NCBI GenBank assembly: GCA_943704415.1
Contig: CALSCO010000664.1
Coordinates: 1-38,173 of the forward strand
Direction of reading: 5' to 3'
Source of the DNA: Parvularia atlantis
Taxonomy: Eukaryota
DNA: 38,173 bases
In this document: one piece after another, positions 1-10,674 of the stretch
Position numbering within the stretch: the first letter of the stretch is position 1
How the letters are laid out: each line of letters begins with the position of its first letter
Translations under genes and position numbers: made by a program
Notes under the pieces: model-generated
The model's database searches: none
Told to the model about the DNA's origin: nothing
What the model saw: the letters and a program-made list of their open reading frames with translations, nothing else

Positions 1-47
1 CAAAGGACGGCGCCACCTGCACGCGTAGAGCATGTTGCTCATGAAAG

Positions 48-868
48 TGGGCACGCGCCGGCCCGCCACCACCGGCCCGCGCCGATCCACCAGCACCAGC
101 CCCGGCACCAGCTTCCCCCGCGCCGGCGCGGGCCGCTGCGCCGCCACCACCCTCGCGGGCCGCTGCACCACCGCCCCCGGCCATGGCCGCAGCACCGGCG
201 CCGCCACCCGTCGCCCGGCCCAGCGCACCGCCTCCACCCGGCCGCGCCGCCGCACCGCCCCCGCCCGAGCGCGCAGAGGCCCCGCCGCCGCCCGGCCGCA
301 GCGCAGCACCGCCCCCGCCATCGCGTGGCGCCGCGCCGCCGCCCCCGCCAGGTCGCATGTCGGCCGCGCCGCCCCCACCTGAGCGCAACGAGCCGTCGCT
401 CTCCTCGGACCGCGCCCCCGCACCGCCGCCACCCTCGCGCGGCGCCGCACCGCCACCGCCCGGCCGCAACGCCGCACCGCCACCGCCTGCCCCAGCGCGG
501 TCCGTGCCACCTGATTTTGATTCGCCTACACCCGCTCACATGGCGGCCCCCCCTGCAGCGGTGGACCGCCACCGCCCCTAGCTGGCGGCCCCCAGCGCAC
601 CTCGGCGGCCCCCGCGCGCGCCCCAATGGTCAACGGCAGCGGCGGGAAAGGCACGTCTCGCGCACAACCGCATCGCAGCGGCTGACACCCCGCGCGCACA
701 CAGAGACCGAGTTTGGCTTCTCGTTCCGCACCGACTTCCCGCCCCCGCCGCAGTTTGTGCCCGGCCCGCGCGTGTACCCGTCGGGCGCGACGACGGGCAT
801 GGGGTGCGTTGCAATGGCGTTGCGCGACATCGCGCTCAACGTCCTGATGCCGCAGGAGGAGGTTCTGA
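48..868 (+). CDS. WASP-interacting protein (WIP/verprolin)-like, 3' part only (5' end lies outside the window)
   Basis: Long Pro-rich region of repeated AAPPPP units. After introns ~500-558, 651-703 (GC-AG) and 804-855 the C-terminus reads ETEFGFSFRTDFPPPPQFVPGPRVYPSG...GRRF*, matching the WIP WASP-binding motif (F.FH..SDLPPPEPY...K.YPS). Stop TGA at 866-868. Confidence 0.75.
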
Positions 869-892
869 GCAAATGGCCGGCAAAGGGCCCGG

Positions 893-902
893 GAGAGAAA
901 GA

Positions 903-965
<63 letters not shown>
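893..965. repeat. (GA)n microsatellite in the WIP-like 3' UTR
   Basis: Seen directly; near-perfect GA run followed by a short (GTGTCG)n at ~982-1005. Confidence 0.97.
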
Positions 966-966
<1 letters not shown>

Positions 967-1425
967 CTTCGCAAATGAGCTGTGTGTCGGTGTCGGTGTC
1001 GGTGTGCGTGGTCGGTCGCATGTGACAGATTAGCACGGCAAGAAGTCGCGTGCTCTCGCCACGCTCTTCTGACCGCGCCCCGCGTGCGCGCAGTTGGCGC
1101 TCAAGCACATCGCCAGAGATGCTCTCGGTGCCGATGAGCTCGGACCTGGTTCGGCGCGTGCAGGTGCTTGGCCTGTTTTCGGCGTTCCTCGAGGGCATCC
1201 CGCAGATCGCGCTCGGGGTTGGGCTCGAGCGCGGTCCAGGCCTCAACGGACGCGTCGGCGTCGACCGGCTTTTCACTGTCCACCGTCTCGTCGCACTTTG
1301 TGTCTGGCCAGACGGCCTGACCGTGTGACCGCTGGTGTGCCCCTGTGTCGGAGAGCGTGAAACTGCTTGTGAAACGCACTGGGGGTGCGACGCGGGTGAG
1401 GCGCGGGTGAGGCACGACGTCTCAG

Positions 1426-1436
1426 TTTTGGCGCGC
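1426..1436 (+). promoter_or_regulatory. Candidate E2F-binding site
   Basis: TTTTGGCGCGC (TTTSSCGC consensus) ~28 bp upstream of the F-box gene ATG. Confidence 0.4.
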
Positions 1437-1463
1437 AATTCCGTTTGATCGGGCGCCCGCACG

Positions 1464-4063
1464 ATGCAGCAGACGTCGCTGCGCGGCTTTGTGCGCTCGC
1501 AGGCCGAGCTGGACGCGAGCACAATCGCCGACGGCATGGTGCGCATCCGTGTGCCGCTCGCGGCGACGGCCGAGGTGCGCGTTCGTGCGGATCGACGATG
1601 GCGCGTGTCGTGCGCTGATGGCGCGCGCGCACGACACGCTGCAGGACTACCTCGCCGTGGCCGCGGCCCTGCTGCGCCAGCGCCACCCGGTGGACGCGAT
1701 CGAGGTGCTGGAGCAGGGCCTCGAGTACCTGCGCACGCGCGACCCGATGCGGCCGGTGCGCCGCCCTGTCGACGTGCTGCTGCTGCTGATCGGTCGACGC
1801 AGCGGCTCGTGGCCGTGCTCGCCCAGGCGCGCGTCGAGCTCGAGATAGCGGCGGGGAACGCGGCCGATGCGGCGGCGCCCGTGGCCAAGGTGTGCAGGGC
1901 ACGTACACGCGCGCACGGATGGATGACGCGGGTGGGTGGCGCCAGCGCGCAAGGACCGACGACGGCGCCGCGGGCGACAGGGAGAACGGCCTGCCGTGGC
2001 CGCAGGTGCGCGGGTCGCGTGGGGGAGGGGTGCGGGCGTGCGGCCTGACGCGTGCGGATCAGGATCGGCCCGACGTTGCGGATGTCGCTCAGCCGCAGCG
2101 CACGATATCAGCACCCGACGCTCAGCCGCAGCGCACAACGTCGGCGCCGGACGTGGCCAAGCTGCCGCCGAGCAGCAGCGCCGACGCGTGCTTCAAGCGG
2201 CTGTTTGCGGGCGCACGGGCACCGCTGGCCGCTGGCCGCGGCATCTGCGACCTGTCGGTGGAGCTGCTGGCGCTTGTCTTCCGCAACCTCGACCTGCAGT
2301 CACTCATGCGCGCGGGCCGCGTCTGCCGCCTGTTCCAACACGCGTCGCAGGACGCGAGGTGCGTGCGCGCGTGCTCCAGCGCAACCGCAACGCGGCCAAA
2401 CACCGCGCGTGCGCAGCCTATACGCCGACGTCGACCTGGGCCGCTGGGCGCCGCTCGTGACCAGCAAGGTCGTCGACCGGCTGCTGGCCCGCGCGAGCTG
2501 GAACCTGCGCCGGCTGAGCCTGGTCAACTGCGTCAAGCTGACCGACAGCGCACTCGGGCCCCTGCGCGCGCGGCAGTGCCCGAACCTGACCGAGGTCGAC
2601 CTCGGTGGCTGCTGGCACATCGGTGCGCAGACCGTGGCCGACCTGTTCAACGTGTCGGCCGCGCAGCTGCGCAAGGTGTGCGCGTCCTGCGATGTTGCGG
2701 GGCACTAATCGGTGGCTGGGCCGCGCAGGTCAGCCTGGCCGCGTGCGAGCGCGTGACGGACGCACCCGTGCGCACCTTGCTGCGCAGCGCGCCCCTGCTG
2801 ATCAGCCTGGACCTGACGGGTGTCAAGGTGCGATTGCGGGTGCGGGCGGGCGGGCACGGCTGAGCGCGAGGCTGCGCCAGATCACGGACGCCGCGTTCGG
2901 CGGCCCGATCGTGTGCTACCAGTTGCGCAAGCTCGTGATCAGCAAGTGCACGGCACTGAGCGACGCGGGGCTGCGCGACCTCTTCCGCACGCCGTACCCG
3001 CAGCTACGCGCGCTGCTGTGCCGGGTGCGTATGCCAACTTTGCGCGGCTTTTGCTGACCAGGCGCCGACGCAGGACTGCCCGCGCGTGACGTATCAGAGC
3101 CTGCAGTACCTCGGCCAAACCTCGAGCGGCCCGCTCGCCGCGCCGCAGTTGCGCATGCTCGACCTGACGGGCAGCGGGACCGTGATAAACGACATGCCGC
3201 TGACCCAGCGTCTCACGCTGCCGAGCCCGTCCACGCCGTGCGTGCGCGTCGCCCTGGGGCGTCCTTGCGATTGATGGCTCGCGCGCGTGTGCCCAGGATG
3301 CTGCTGTTTGCGTCGGCGTGCAACAACCTGGTCGACGTGTACCTGCCGGGCATGAACCTGGTTGACGAGGTGCGTGCGTCTTTGTGCAAGCTCGCCTCGC
3401 AAACACGCGCGATGCAGGCGGTCGAGTACCTGGCGAGCTTCTGCGCGGACCTGCGCACGGTCGACCTCGACGGCAACGCGCGCCTGACCGACCTGAGCCT
3501 GCAGGCGCTGGCGCGCGGGTGCCCGCAGCTCATCGGGTGCGACAGCACTGCTGCGCGCCTGACTTGCTGACCCGCTGTGCAGGCTGTCGATGGCGCGCTG
3601 CCCTAGCGTGACCAGCACGGGCGTGTTCAACCTGGCACAGCACTGCACGAAGCTGAGCATGCTCGTGTTTTCACACACGAACCGTCTCGGCGATGAGTGC
3701 GTGCTCGCTCGCTCGCTCGCTCGCTCGCTCGCGAGCGTCCGTGCGCGCGACGGCTGACGGCGCCTGCCAGGGCGCTCGACAACCTCGCGCGGCTGCCGCT
3801 GCGCTCGCTGAGCGTGCAGCACTGCTCGCAGTGCGTGTCGTCGTGCGGGGCTGCTGCCCGGTGTGGCGCATCTTATGCGCCGTCGCAGGCTGTCGGCCAA
3901 GGGCGTCGAGCGGTTCATGCGCGCATGCCGCACGCTGCAGCGGCTCGACATCTCGTACTGCGCGCGCATCAGCATGCTGCACGCCAACCAGCTGCGGGCG
4001 CTCGTGCGCGACGGCCTCGAGCTGCACGCGCTGATGGACTGGAACCAGGCGGGGACACACTGA
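1464..4063 (+). CDS. F-box/leucine-rich-repeat (FBXL-type) protein with an N-terminal TPR-like helical segment; multi-exon
   Basis: F-box [31 protein letters not shown] (~2244-2335). Many cysteine-containing LRRs ([53 protein letters not shown]). Canonical short introns; stop TGA at 4061-4063. Confidence 0.9.
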
Positions 4064-4082
4064 GAGAGACACGGCATTTGGC

Positions 4083-5191
4083 TCACGGGCTGCTGACCGG
4101 GTCCCATCCCGTGACGAGACCGGCCTCGAGCTTGCCCAGCCGGAGCATGTCCTCGTCCGTGAGGGACCAGTCGAACACGCTCATGTTCTCGATCAGCCGC
4201 TCGCGGCGTACCGACTTGGGCAGCGTGACAAAGCCCTGGCCGCGGCGTCAGGCGCGACGGCTGAGGGCGGCCGCGCACCTTCTGGATCGACCAGCGCACG
4301 AGCACCTGCGCAGCGGTTTTGCCGTGGGCCTGGGCGACGGCCACGAGCGTCGGGTCCTTGAGCTTGCGGCCCTTGGTGAGCGGGCTGTAGGCCTGCATGA
4401 CGATGCCCTTGGACCTGCGTCGGCGCGCGGGCGATCAGCCGCGGACGGCGCGACAGAGACGGCCGGCTGGCCGCACTCGCAGTAGCGCACGAGGTCCGCG
4501 CGCTGCAGGAACGGGTGGATCTCGCACTGGTTGACGGCGGGCACGACGCGGGCTTCGGTCAGCAGCTCGTCCAGGTGATGCGCGCCGTAGTTGGACACGC
4601 CGATGCTGCGCGCGAGGCCGCGCTGCTGCAGGCGCTCGAGGGCGCGCCAGGCGTCGCGGCGGTGGCGCGAGAGCGGCGAGTGGCTGCGATCAGCCGATCA
4701 GCCGGCGATCAGCAAGCAGCACGGCACGCCAGCGAGCCACGCACATCAGGTACAGGTCGACGTAGGTCATCCCCAGCGCCTGCAGGCTGCGCTCGAGCGT
4801 GCGCTCGGCCTGGGCGTGGTGCGAGTTCCACAGCTTGGTCGTCACCCAGACGTCCTCGCGCGCCACGCCGCTGTCGCGCACGGCGCGGCCCACGTCGGCC
4901 TCGTTGCCGTACAGCTCTGCGCATCCCTCTCGTGTCAGGCCGCACGGGCCGATCGGGCACGACCGCGCGCACCCGCCGTGTCGACGTGGCGATAGCCAAG
5001 CTGCAGCGCCGACAGCACCGCGCCGTACGCCTCCTCGCCCGGCTCGCTCTGGTACCTGCCGCCGCGCGCACGGCGTCGGCAACCGCATCGGCGCGCGGCG
5101 CATCGCGAGCCGCGCACACGCCCAGGCCGAGCACGGGCATCAGCCGGCCGTCGTTGAGGCGACGTGTCAGCGTGCCGCCTGAGCTGCTCAT
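4083..5191 (-). CDS. Aldo-keto reductase; multi-exon
   Basis: [72 protein letters not shown]...RLIEN. Ends GWDPVSSP*. Confidence 0.95.
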
Positions 5192-7199
5192 GTTACAACG
5201 CTACTCAACTTTTTGCTGTCAGCTTGCTGGCTGTCTTCGGGCGGGCAGTACGTCTGTCGCGCACGCGTGGTGAGCAGCGCGACGTCGTGCTCGCGAGCAG
5301 CAGCTGCGCGCGCACCAAGACCCACTCGTGCTGCAGCGCCTGCTTGGCCGTCAGCCGCTCGTTTGGGTCAAACTTGAGCAGCCCGCGGCAGAGGCCCTTG
5401 GCTGCGGTCGCGGCACATTAGCGCGCACATGTAACAGCGCGTGCGCATGCGCGTCAGCGGGCCGCACCGAGGTCGGATCGCCGCTGCCACGCCGGGTCGG
5501 AAAAGTCAAAGTCGGCCTTGGTGATGCGCGCGATCTGGTCGCTCTCGGCCCCCGGGTCGTCCTCGTCGTTGCCAAAGGGCGAGCTGAGCGAGAGGCTGCG
5601 TGCGCGCGGCGAGACGTGAGCGCGTGCAGCCGCGCGTCACGTCGGTGCGCACAGCATAAACAGCATCACGCCGCACGCCCACATGTCCACGGCCTCGTCG
5701 TACGGCGTGCCGAGGAAGATTTCGGGCGCTGGCACAGCCCCCCGTCAGCCCAACGACGCACAACGTGGGCGCACAGCGCACCCATGTACGCGACGCTGCC
5801 CACGTGTGAGAGGATGACTGGCCGGAACCGCTTTCGCCCGTTGCTCCGGTCCTCCTCGCCGTCCTTGATGATCCGCGCCACGCCAAAGTCGGCGAGCTTG
5901 ACCGACGCGAGGTCGTTTGGCCTGCCGAGAAGGATGTTTTCGAGCTGCGCGGCGCACACAGTGCGTGAGCGCGCACGGGCACTCAGGCCGACGCGGCCGC
6001 ACCTTGATGTCACGGTGCACAATGCCGATGCTGTGCAGGTACGCCACCGCCTCGAAGATGTGCTTCATCACCAGCGCCGTCTTCGTCTCGCCAAACCCGC
6101 CCACGTCCACCAAGAGGTCAAACAGACACCCGCCAGCGGCCCTGCGGCACAGTCAGCGCGGGGCTCCGGCAGCGGCAGCGCGCGCGTCACGCACAGGTCC
6201 TGCCGCAGGTACAGGAGCGAGTCGATGGCGATGACCTCGCGCAGGCAGACGATGTTTGGGTGCTGCGCGCGCTTGAGCGCCTCGATCTCCTGGTCGAGCC
6301 GGTGCTGGCTCTTGACGCGATTCTTGTACACGACCTTGAGCGCCCAGAGCGAGGCGTCGGAGCGGTCCTGGATCTTGTACACGTCCGCAAAGCCGCCGCT
6401 GTGCGCATGCGGCGTGAGCGGGCGCGACGCGGGCGGCGCGGGAACCCGGCGCGTACGTTCCGAGCTTCTCGAGGATGCGGTAGCGCGAGGTGATGACGCC
6501 CGCGAAGATGGTCGCGTCGACAACGGCGGACGAGCGGCGGCGCTCGAACGAGAGGCGCTTGCTGAGGCGCTTGACGAGCAGGTCGCGCTCGACGCTCTTG
6601 GCCTCCAGCACGTCGAGCAGGCTGGTGGCGCTCGACGCCGAGCCGACGTTGCTCTCGCTGCCCTCGCCGGCCTCGACGTCGCTCGTGTTGGCCGAGTGCG
6701 CGGCCGACGCCGACGCCGACGACGCCGAGGGCCCGTCGGCGGCGCCGTGCGTGTCGCTGGCGCTCGCCCGACGGCTGATCAGCTCGAGGTAGTTGACGCC
6801 GCGCCCGGGCAGCAGCACGGCGCCGGCGCGCTTGCCGCCGTGGTCCACCGACCCGCGCGGCGTCGTGCGCGGGCTGCTCTCGGCCGACCGCGTGGGCGAC
6901 GCCAGCGCGTCCTCCCCGTCGCCGTCGCCGCCGCCGACGTGCCACGGCGCCAGCGCGGGCGGCGCGTCGTCGGCCGGCGTCGCGGGGAACTCGAGCACGG
7001 TCGGCGGCGCGGGCGGCGGCGGCGGCGACGAAGGCGACGACGGCCACGGCAGGCTGCGCGGGGGGCTAGTGGCGCTCGTCGGGCTCGCCGGCTCGGCCGC
7101 GGCGTCGTCGTCGCCCGGGGCCACGGCGGCGGAGGACGGCGGCGGCGACGTCGCGCCCGACGGCTCGAAGAACCTGCGCAGGAGGCGCACCGACGACAT
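5188..7199 (-). CDS. CAMK-group Ser/Thr protein kinase with a long disordered N-terminus; multi-exon
   Basis: LGTGGFADV, WALKVV, HPNIVCL, HRDIKLENILL, DFG, YMAPE, DMWACG, RLTAKQALQHEW. The last exon (5253-5188) is inferred; without the final intron the stop would fall at ~5204. Confidence 0.9.
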
Positions 7200-7271
7200 T
7201 GCGCGTGTGCGTCGCGTGCGTCGCGTGAGAGAAACGGTCATCGTTTGCGCGCGCCGATCTCGGTCTCATCG

Positions 7272-7274
<3 letters not shown>

Positions 7275-7315
<41 letters not shown>

Positions 7316-7346
7316 ACACACACACACGCACGCGCATACGCACACA
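7275..7346. repeat. (CA)n microsatellite between ABP34 and the kinase
   Basis: Seen directly; imperfect CA/CG run. Confidence 0.95.
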
Positions 7347-7395
7347 GCGCCGCCTCGCTCCGCACCCAGCACCAGAACCACCGGCGGCGCGCACG

Positions 7396-8357
7396 TCAGT
7401 TGCCCGCCTTCTTGCTCGGCTTGTACTTCTTGGCCTCGTCCAGGTCGCGCTGCAGCCACCAGCTCGTGCCCTGCGCCGACAGCGAGCCGGCCTTTTGCGC
7501 CTTGCGCACGGCGGCCTCGGCCGAGATGATGGCGCTGCGGCGCGGCGCAGTGACGCGGTGAAGAGCGGCGTCGGCCATCGTGTCGCGCCGACCCTGCGCA
7601 GCACGCACCGGTTCAGGTCAGTCGGGTCGGCCTTGAGCAGCTGCTCGAGCTCGTTGGCCGCGGCGTTGGCCTTGACGCCCGCAGGGCCCTCGGCGACGGC
7701 CCTGAGGCTCGCCTTGCGCGACTCGAGCTTCTCGATCTCGACCTGCACCTGGTCGAGCGCTGTCTGCGCACGCTCGAGCTCCTCGTCCGTGCCCTGCCGT
7801 GCGCCGCGCCGCCGTCAGCCGCAACGCGCACGAGGCAGCGGCGCGGCACGATCGATCGCACCTGCGGGCGGCTGAGCAGCTCGGGGATGGTCTGCTTGAA
7901 GCGGCTGAGGAGGAACTCGATCAGGGCCATGCGGTGATTCTTGTCCAGGTCCATCGCCCGCAGTTCCTCGCGCAGCTCGACCACGCGCTTGGTCTCGCCG
8001 ACCTTCTCGAGGAACACGTGCGCTGCCGGTCGCGTGCGTGAGACGGCTGCGCGCGCGTGCTGCTGCCGCTGCGCCACAACGCACCCTTGAACTCGTCCAG
8101 GTCGCTGCCCGCGTCCTTCTTCTGCTCGTCCAGCTTGCCCATGAGCGCGGCCCTGCGCGCGACCGCCGTGCGCGCGTGCGTGTGAGCGCGGATCCCTCCC
8201 CAACAAAACACACACGCGCCGCGCACCAGCCCCAGACCGCCTCGGCGTCGGCAGAGTGCTCGCGCCAGAACGCGTTGAGGAAGAACTTGCCCTGGTCGGC
8301 GTACTTCTTGGCCGTCACGGCCTTGAACTTGTCCATCTGCTTGGCGTCGATCGACAT
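7396..8357 (-). CDS. abpB: Calcium-regulated actin-bundling protein (Dictyostelium ABP34-like); 5 exons
   Basis: QGKFFLNAFW, EF-hand-like MDLDKNHRMALIEFL, GVKANAAANEL, AIISAEAAVRKA and C-terminal GTSWWLQRDLDEAKKY parallel ABP34 motifs (FLNAYW; ALISAEAAVR; GAIWWMNRDLEE). Confidence 0.85.
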
Positions 8358-8594
8358 CGCGTCCGGGGCGGGGCGCACGGTGAGAGCTGCGACACGCCGC
8401 ATCAGTCGCCCGCCCGCTCGCCTCGCTGCACGCGCGCGCGCGGCTCGCTGCGACAGGCACATGCGCGCACGCGCCACCGCGGCGCACAGCAGGCGCGGCG
8501 AGAGCGCAAAGCGGCACAGGCGCGGAGGCCGCGACGCACAAACTTTTGACTCAGGACGACCGCGGAAAGCTGATCGAAGTTCGACAGCCTCCAC

Positions 8595-8659
8595 CTCGAC
8601 CCCCGCTTCGACCCCGCTTCGACCCCGCTTCGACCCCCGCTTCGACCCCGCTTCGACCC
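8595..8659. repeat. 11-bp minisatellite (CTTCGACCCCG) x ~6
   Basis: Seen directly; intergenic between the MGAT2 3' end and the ABP34 5' end. Confidence 0.95.
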
Positions 8660-8720
8660 TCATGCCTTCACGCGCTATTCGGATCTGTATGTTTCATGCC
8701 TACAATGGCAGCAAAGCACT

Positions 8721-10226
8721 TTACATCGCGGCCGAGGCCAGCGCGAGGCAGTGCGCCCGGTGCGCGTCCGACGTCCACCGCAGCTCGGACGTCTTAGCCG
8801 CGGCGCGGCGCGGGTCGTCGTCGTCGAGGTCCGCCGGCCAGATGCGCCCGCTCGTCCAGCCCTCGTTCAGCGACGGCGTCTGCACGCCCCCCCGCGCGCG
8901 CAGCCAGACCTCGAGCATCGCGTCCATCGCCGGCGGCGTCAGCTGCTCGACGTGCGCCCAGTCGGCCGAGTTGTCGGCGCTGGCGTGCGCGCGCACGGCC
9001 TCGCGCAGGCGTTCAAACACGTCGGTGCGCAGCCGAGCCGCCGCCGCCGCCGGCGGCTCGCACTTCTTCAGATGCACGTGCGTCCCGTTACACGAGCCCA
9101 CGTGGAACCCGCCACGCGGCCACGCAAGGCTGAGACACCGGTCCGGCAGCAGGCCCTTGCGCGTCAGTTGCGCGACCGTCCAGTCCCAGTTGTACTCGTT
9201 CACGCCGCAGAACGCCTCGGCCTGCGCCAGCAGCCGGCCCATCCCGTCGCCGCTCATGCCCCACGCCAGGCTGGCGAAGCGCGACACGCCAATTCGGTAC
9301 ACGTTCTCCAGCTTCAGGCTCGCCACCACCGGCCGCGCCGCCACAGCCGTTGTCCGGTGCACGCCCAGGTTAACGCACAGCAGCTTCGCCGCCTCGTCGG
9401 CCATGCGCTCGCGCCGCAGCCGGAACAGCGCCGTGGCCGCGGCGAGCGCGTCGGGTGCGACGAGCAGGTCGTCCTCGTTCACGAGCACATCGCGCTCGGG
9501 CGGCATAAAGTCGGGCGTGAACCGGTGCCGCCAGACGTAGTTGAACAGCCACCAGAAGTGGTGCTTGAGCCGCGCGAAGCGGTGCAGCGGCTCGGCCCAC
9601 AGCGCCCCGGGCAGAAACGAGGCCGCGTAAGGATGGTACAGCTGCTTGACGCGCGCGAACCGCACCGCCTGCACAAGCTCGTGCACGTCCTGGAAGAAGC
9701 CGTCGTGCGAGACGATCAGCGTCGTCGTGTTGATGTCCGCGTTGTCCTCCCACGCCCGCAGCACCTCGCGCAGCGCGTCGACGCGGTTGTGCGTTGGGAT
9801 GACGACCACGACGCCGCCCGCCACACCGCCCGCGGGCAGCGGATACCGGTCAAAGTTGAGATCGCTGCCGGGCCCGCGGTTGCACGCCTCCACGCACGCG
9901 CTCACGGCCGCGGCCTCGTCCGGCGTCTGTGGCGTGCGCACCATGCCCACGCACTCGCGGATGTCGCCCGCCGTCGACGGCGGCTCCCTCGGCGGCTCGG
10001 TCGGCGCTGGTGCAGTCGCCTGCTCGACGTGCCGGCGCGGCCGCTCGTCGCGGCTCACGAGCTGCAGCCGCCGCGGCCGCGAGGGCTCGGGGCCGTTCGC
10101 GTCGTTGTTCGTCGAGGGAACGTCAACTTTGAGCGGCACGAAGTGCACAAGGGCGCTCGCCAGCAGCGTGAGCAGCAGCACGAGCACGAGCACGCGCCGC
10201 CACGTCCGTCCGCACGGCGCGCGCAT
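8721..10226 (-). CDS. MGAT2: Alpha-1,6-mannosyl-glycoprotein 2-beta-N-acetylglucosaminyltransferase (GnT-II, GT16)-like; intronless type II membrane protein
   Basis: N-terminal TM segment (VLVLVLLLTLLASALV); THNRVDAL, LIVSHD, VKQLYHPY, LKHHFWW, NEDD, YNWDWTV, HVGSCNGTH match MGAT2 motifs. ATG at 10226 preferred over the track's TTG start. Confidence 0.85.
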   Translation of the reverse strand: MRAPCGRTWRRVLVLVLLLTLLASALVHFVPLKVDVPSTNNDANGPEPSRPRRLQLVSRDERPRRHVEQATAPAPTEPPREPPSTAGDIRECVGMVRTPQTPDEAAAVSACVEACNRGPGSDLNFDRYPLPAGGVAGGVVVVIPTHNRVDALREVLRAWEDNADINTTTLIVSHDGFFQDVHELVQAVRFARVKQLYHPYAASFLPGALWAEPLHRFARLKHHFWWLFNYVWRHRFTPDFMPPERDVLVNEDDLLVAPDALAAATALFRLRRERMADEAAKLLCVNLGVHRTTAVAARPVVASLKLENVYRIGVSRFASLAWGMSGDGMGRLLAQAEAFCGVNEYNWDWTVAQLTRKGLLPDRCLSLAWPRGGFHVGSCNGTHVHLKKCEPPAAAAARLRTDVFERLREAVRAHASADNSADWAHVEQLTPPAMDAMLEVWLRARGGVQTPSLNEGWTSGRIWPADLDDDDPRRAAAKTSELRWTSDAHRAHCLALASAAM

Positions 10227-10674
10227 CCGCCGCCGGGTCAAGAAGGGGGGGGGGCGAACACAAGCCGCGGCGCGCGCGGCAGTGTCTGCGAAGAAGGGAA
10301 CGTGAAATGTCAACGTTTTCCGGCTAGACGCTAGGCTGCGTCACGCTTTGTGCGACCGCCTTCGACATGGACGACGACGCCGGGACGCGACACGGACGCG
10401 GCGATGCGCGCGGGCGCCGTGATGCGCAGCCGTGACGGTCCGCGTCCTCGGCGGCAGCAGCAGCAGCAGCATCGGCCGCGGTGCACCCCGATGCGGGTGA
10501 GCCGTTCGGCGCGACTGTGACGTGCGTGGCCTGCGACAACGCCGTCGACCAGCTGGCGGCGCAGCGGGACGCGCTGGTGGCGGAGGTGGCGCAGGGTCAA
10601 GGCGAGGGGACGAGCGGCGGCCGGCGTCTCAGTGAGCTCATTTGTTGTGTGGCACTTTGTGACAAGCGCCAAAG

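Noticed and set aside
2084..2152. 33-bp internal duplication (AQPQRT[IT]SAPD) in the F-box gene
   Set aside because: Ordinary slippage in a disordered linker.
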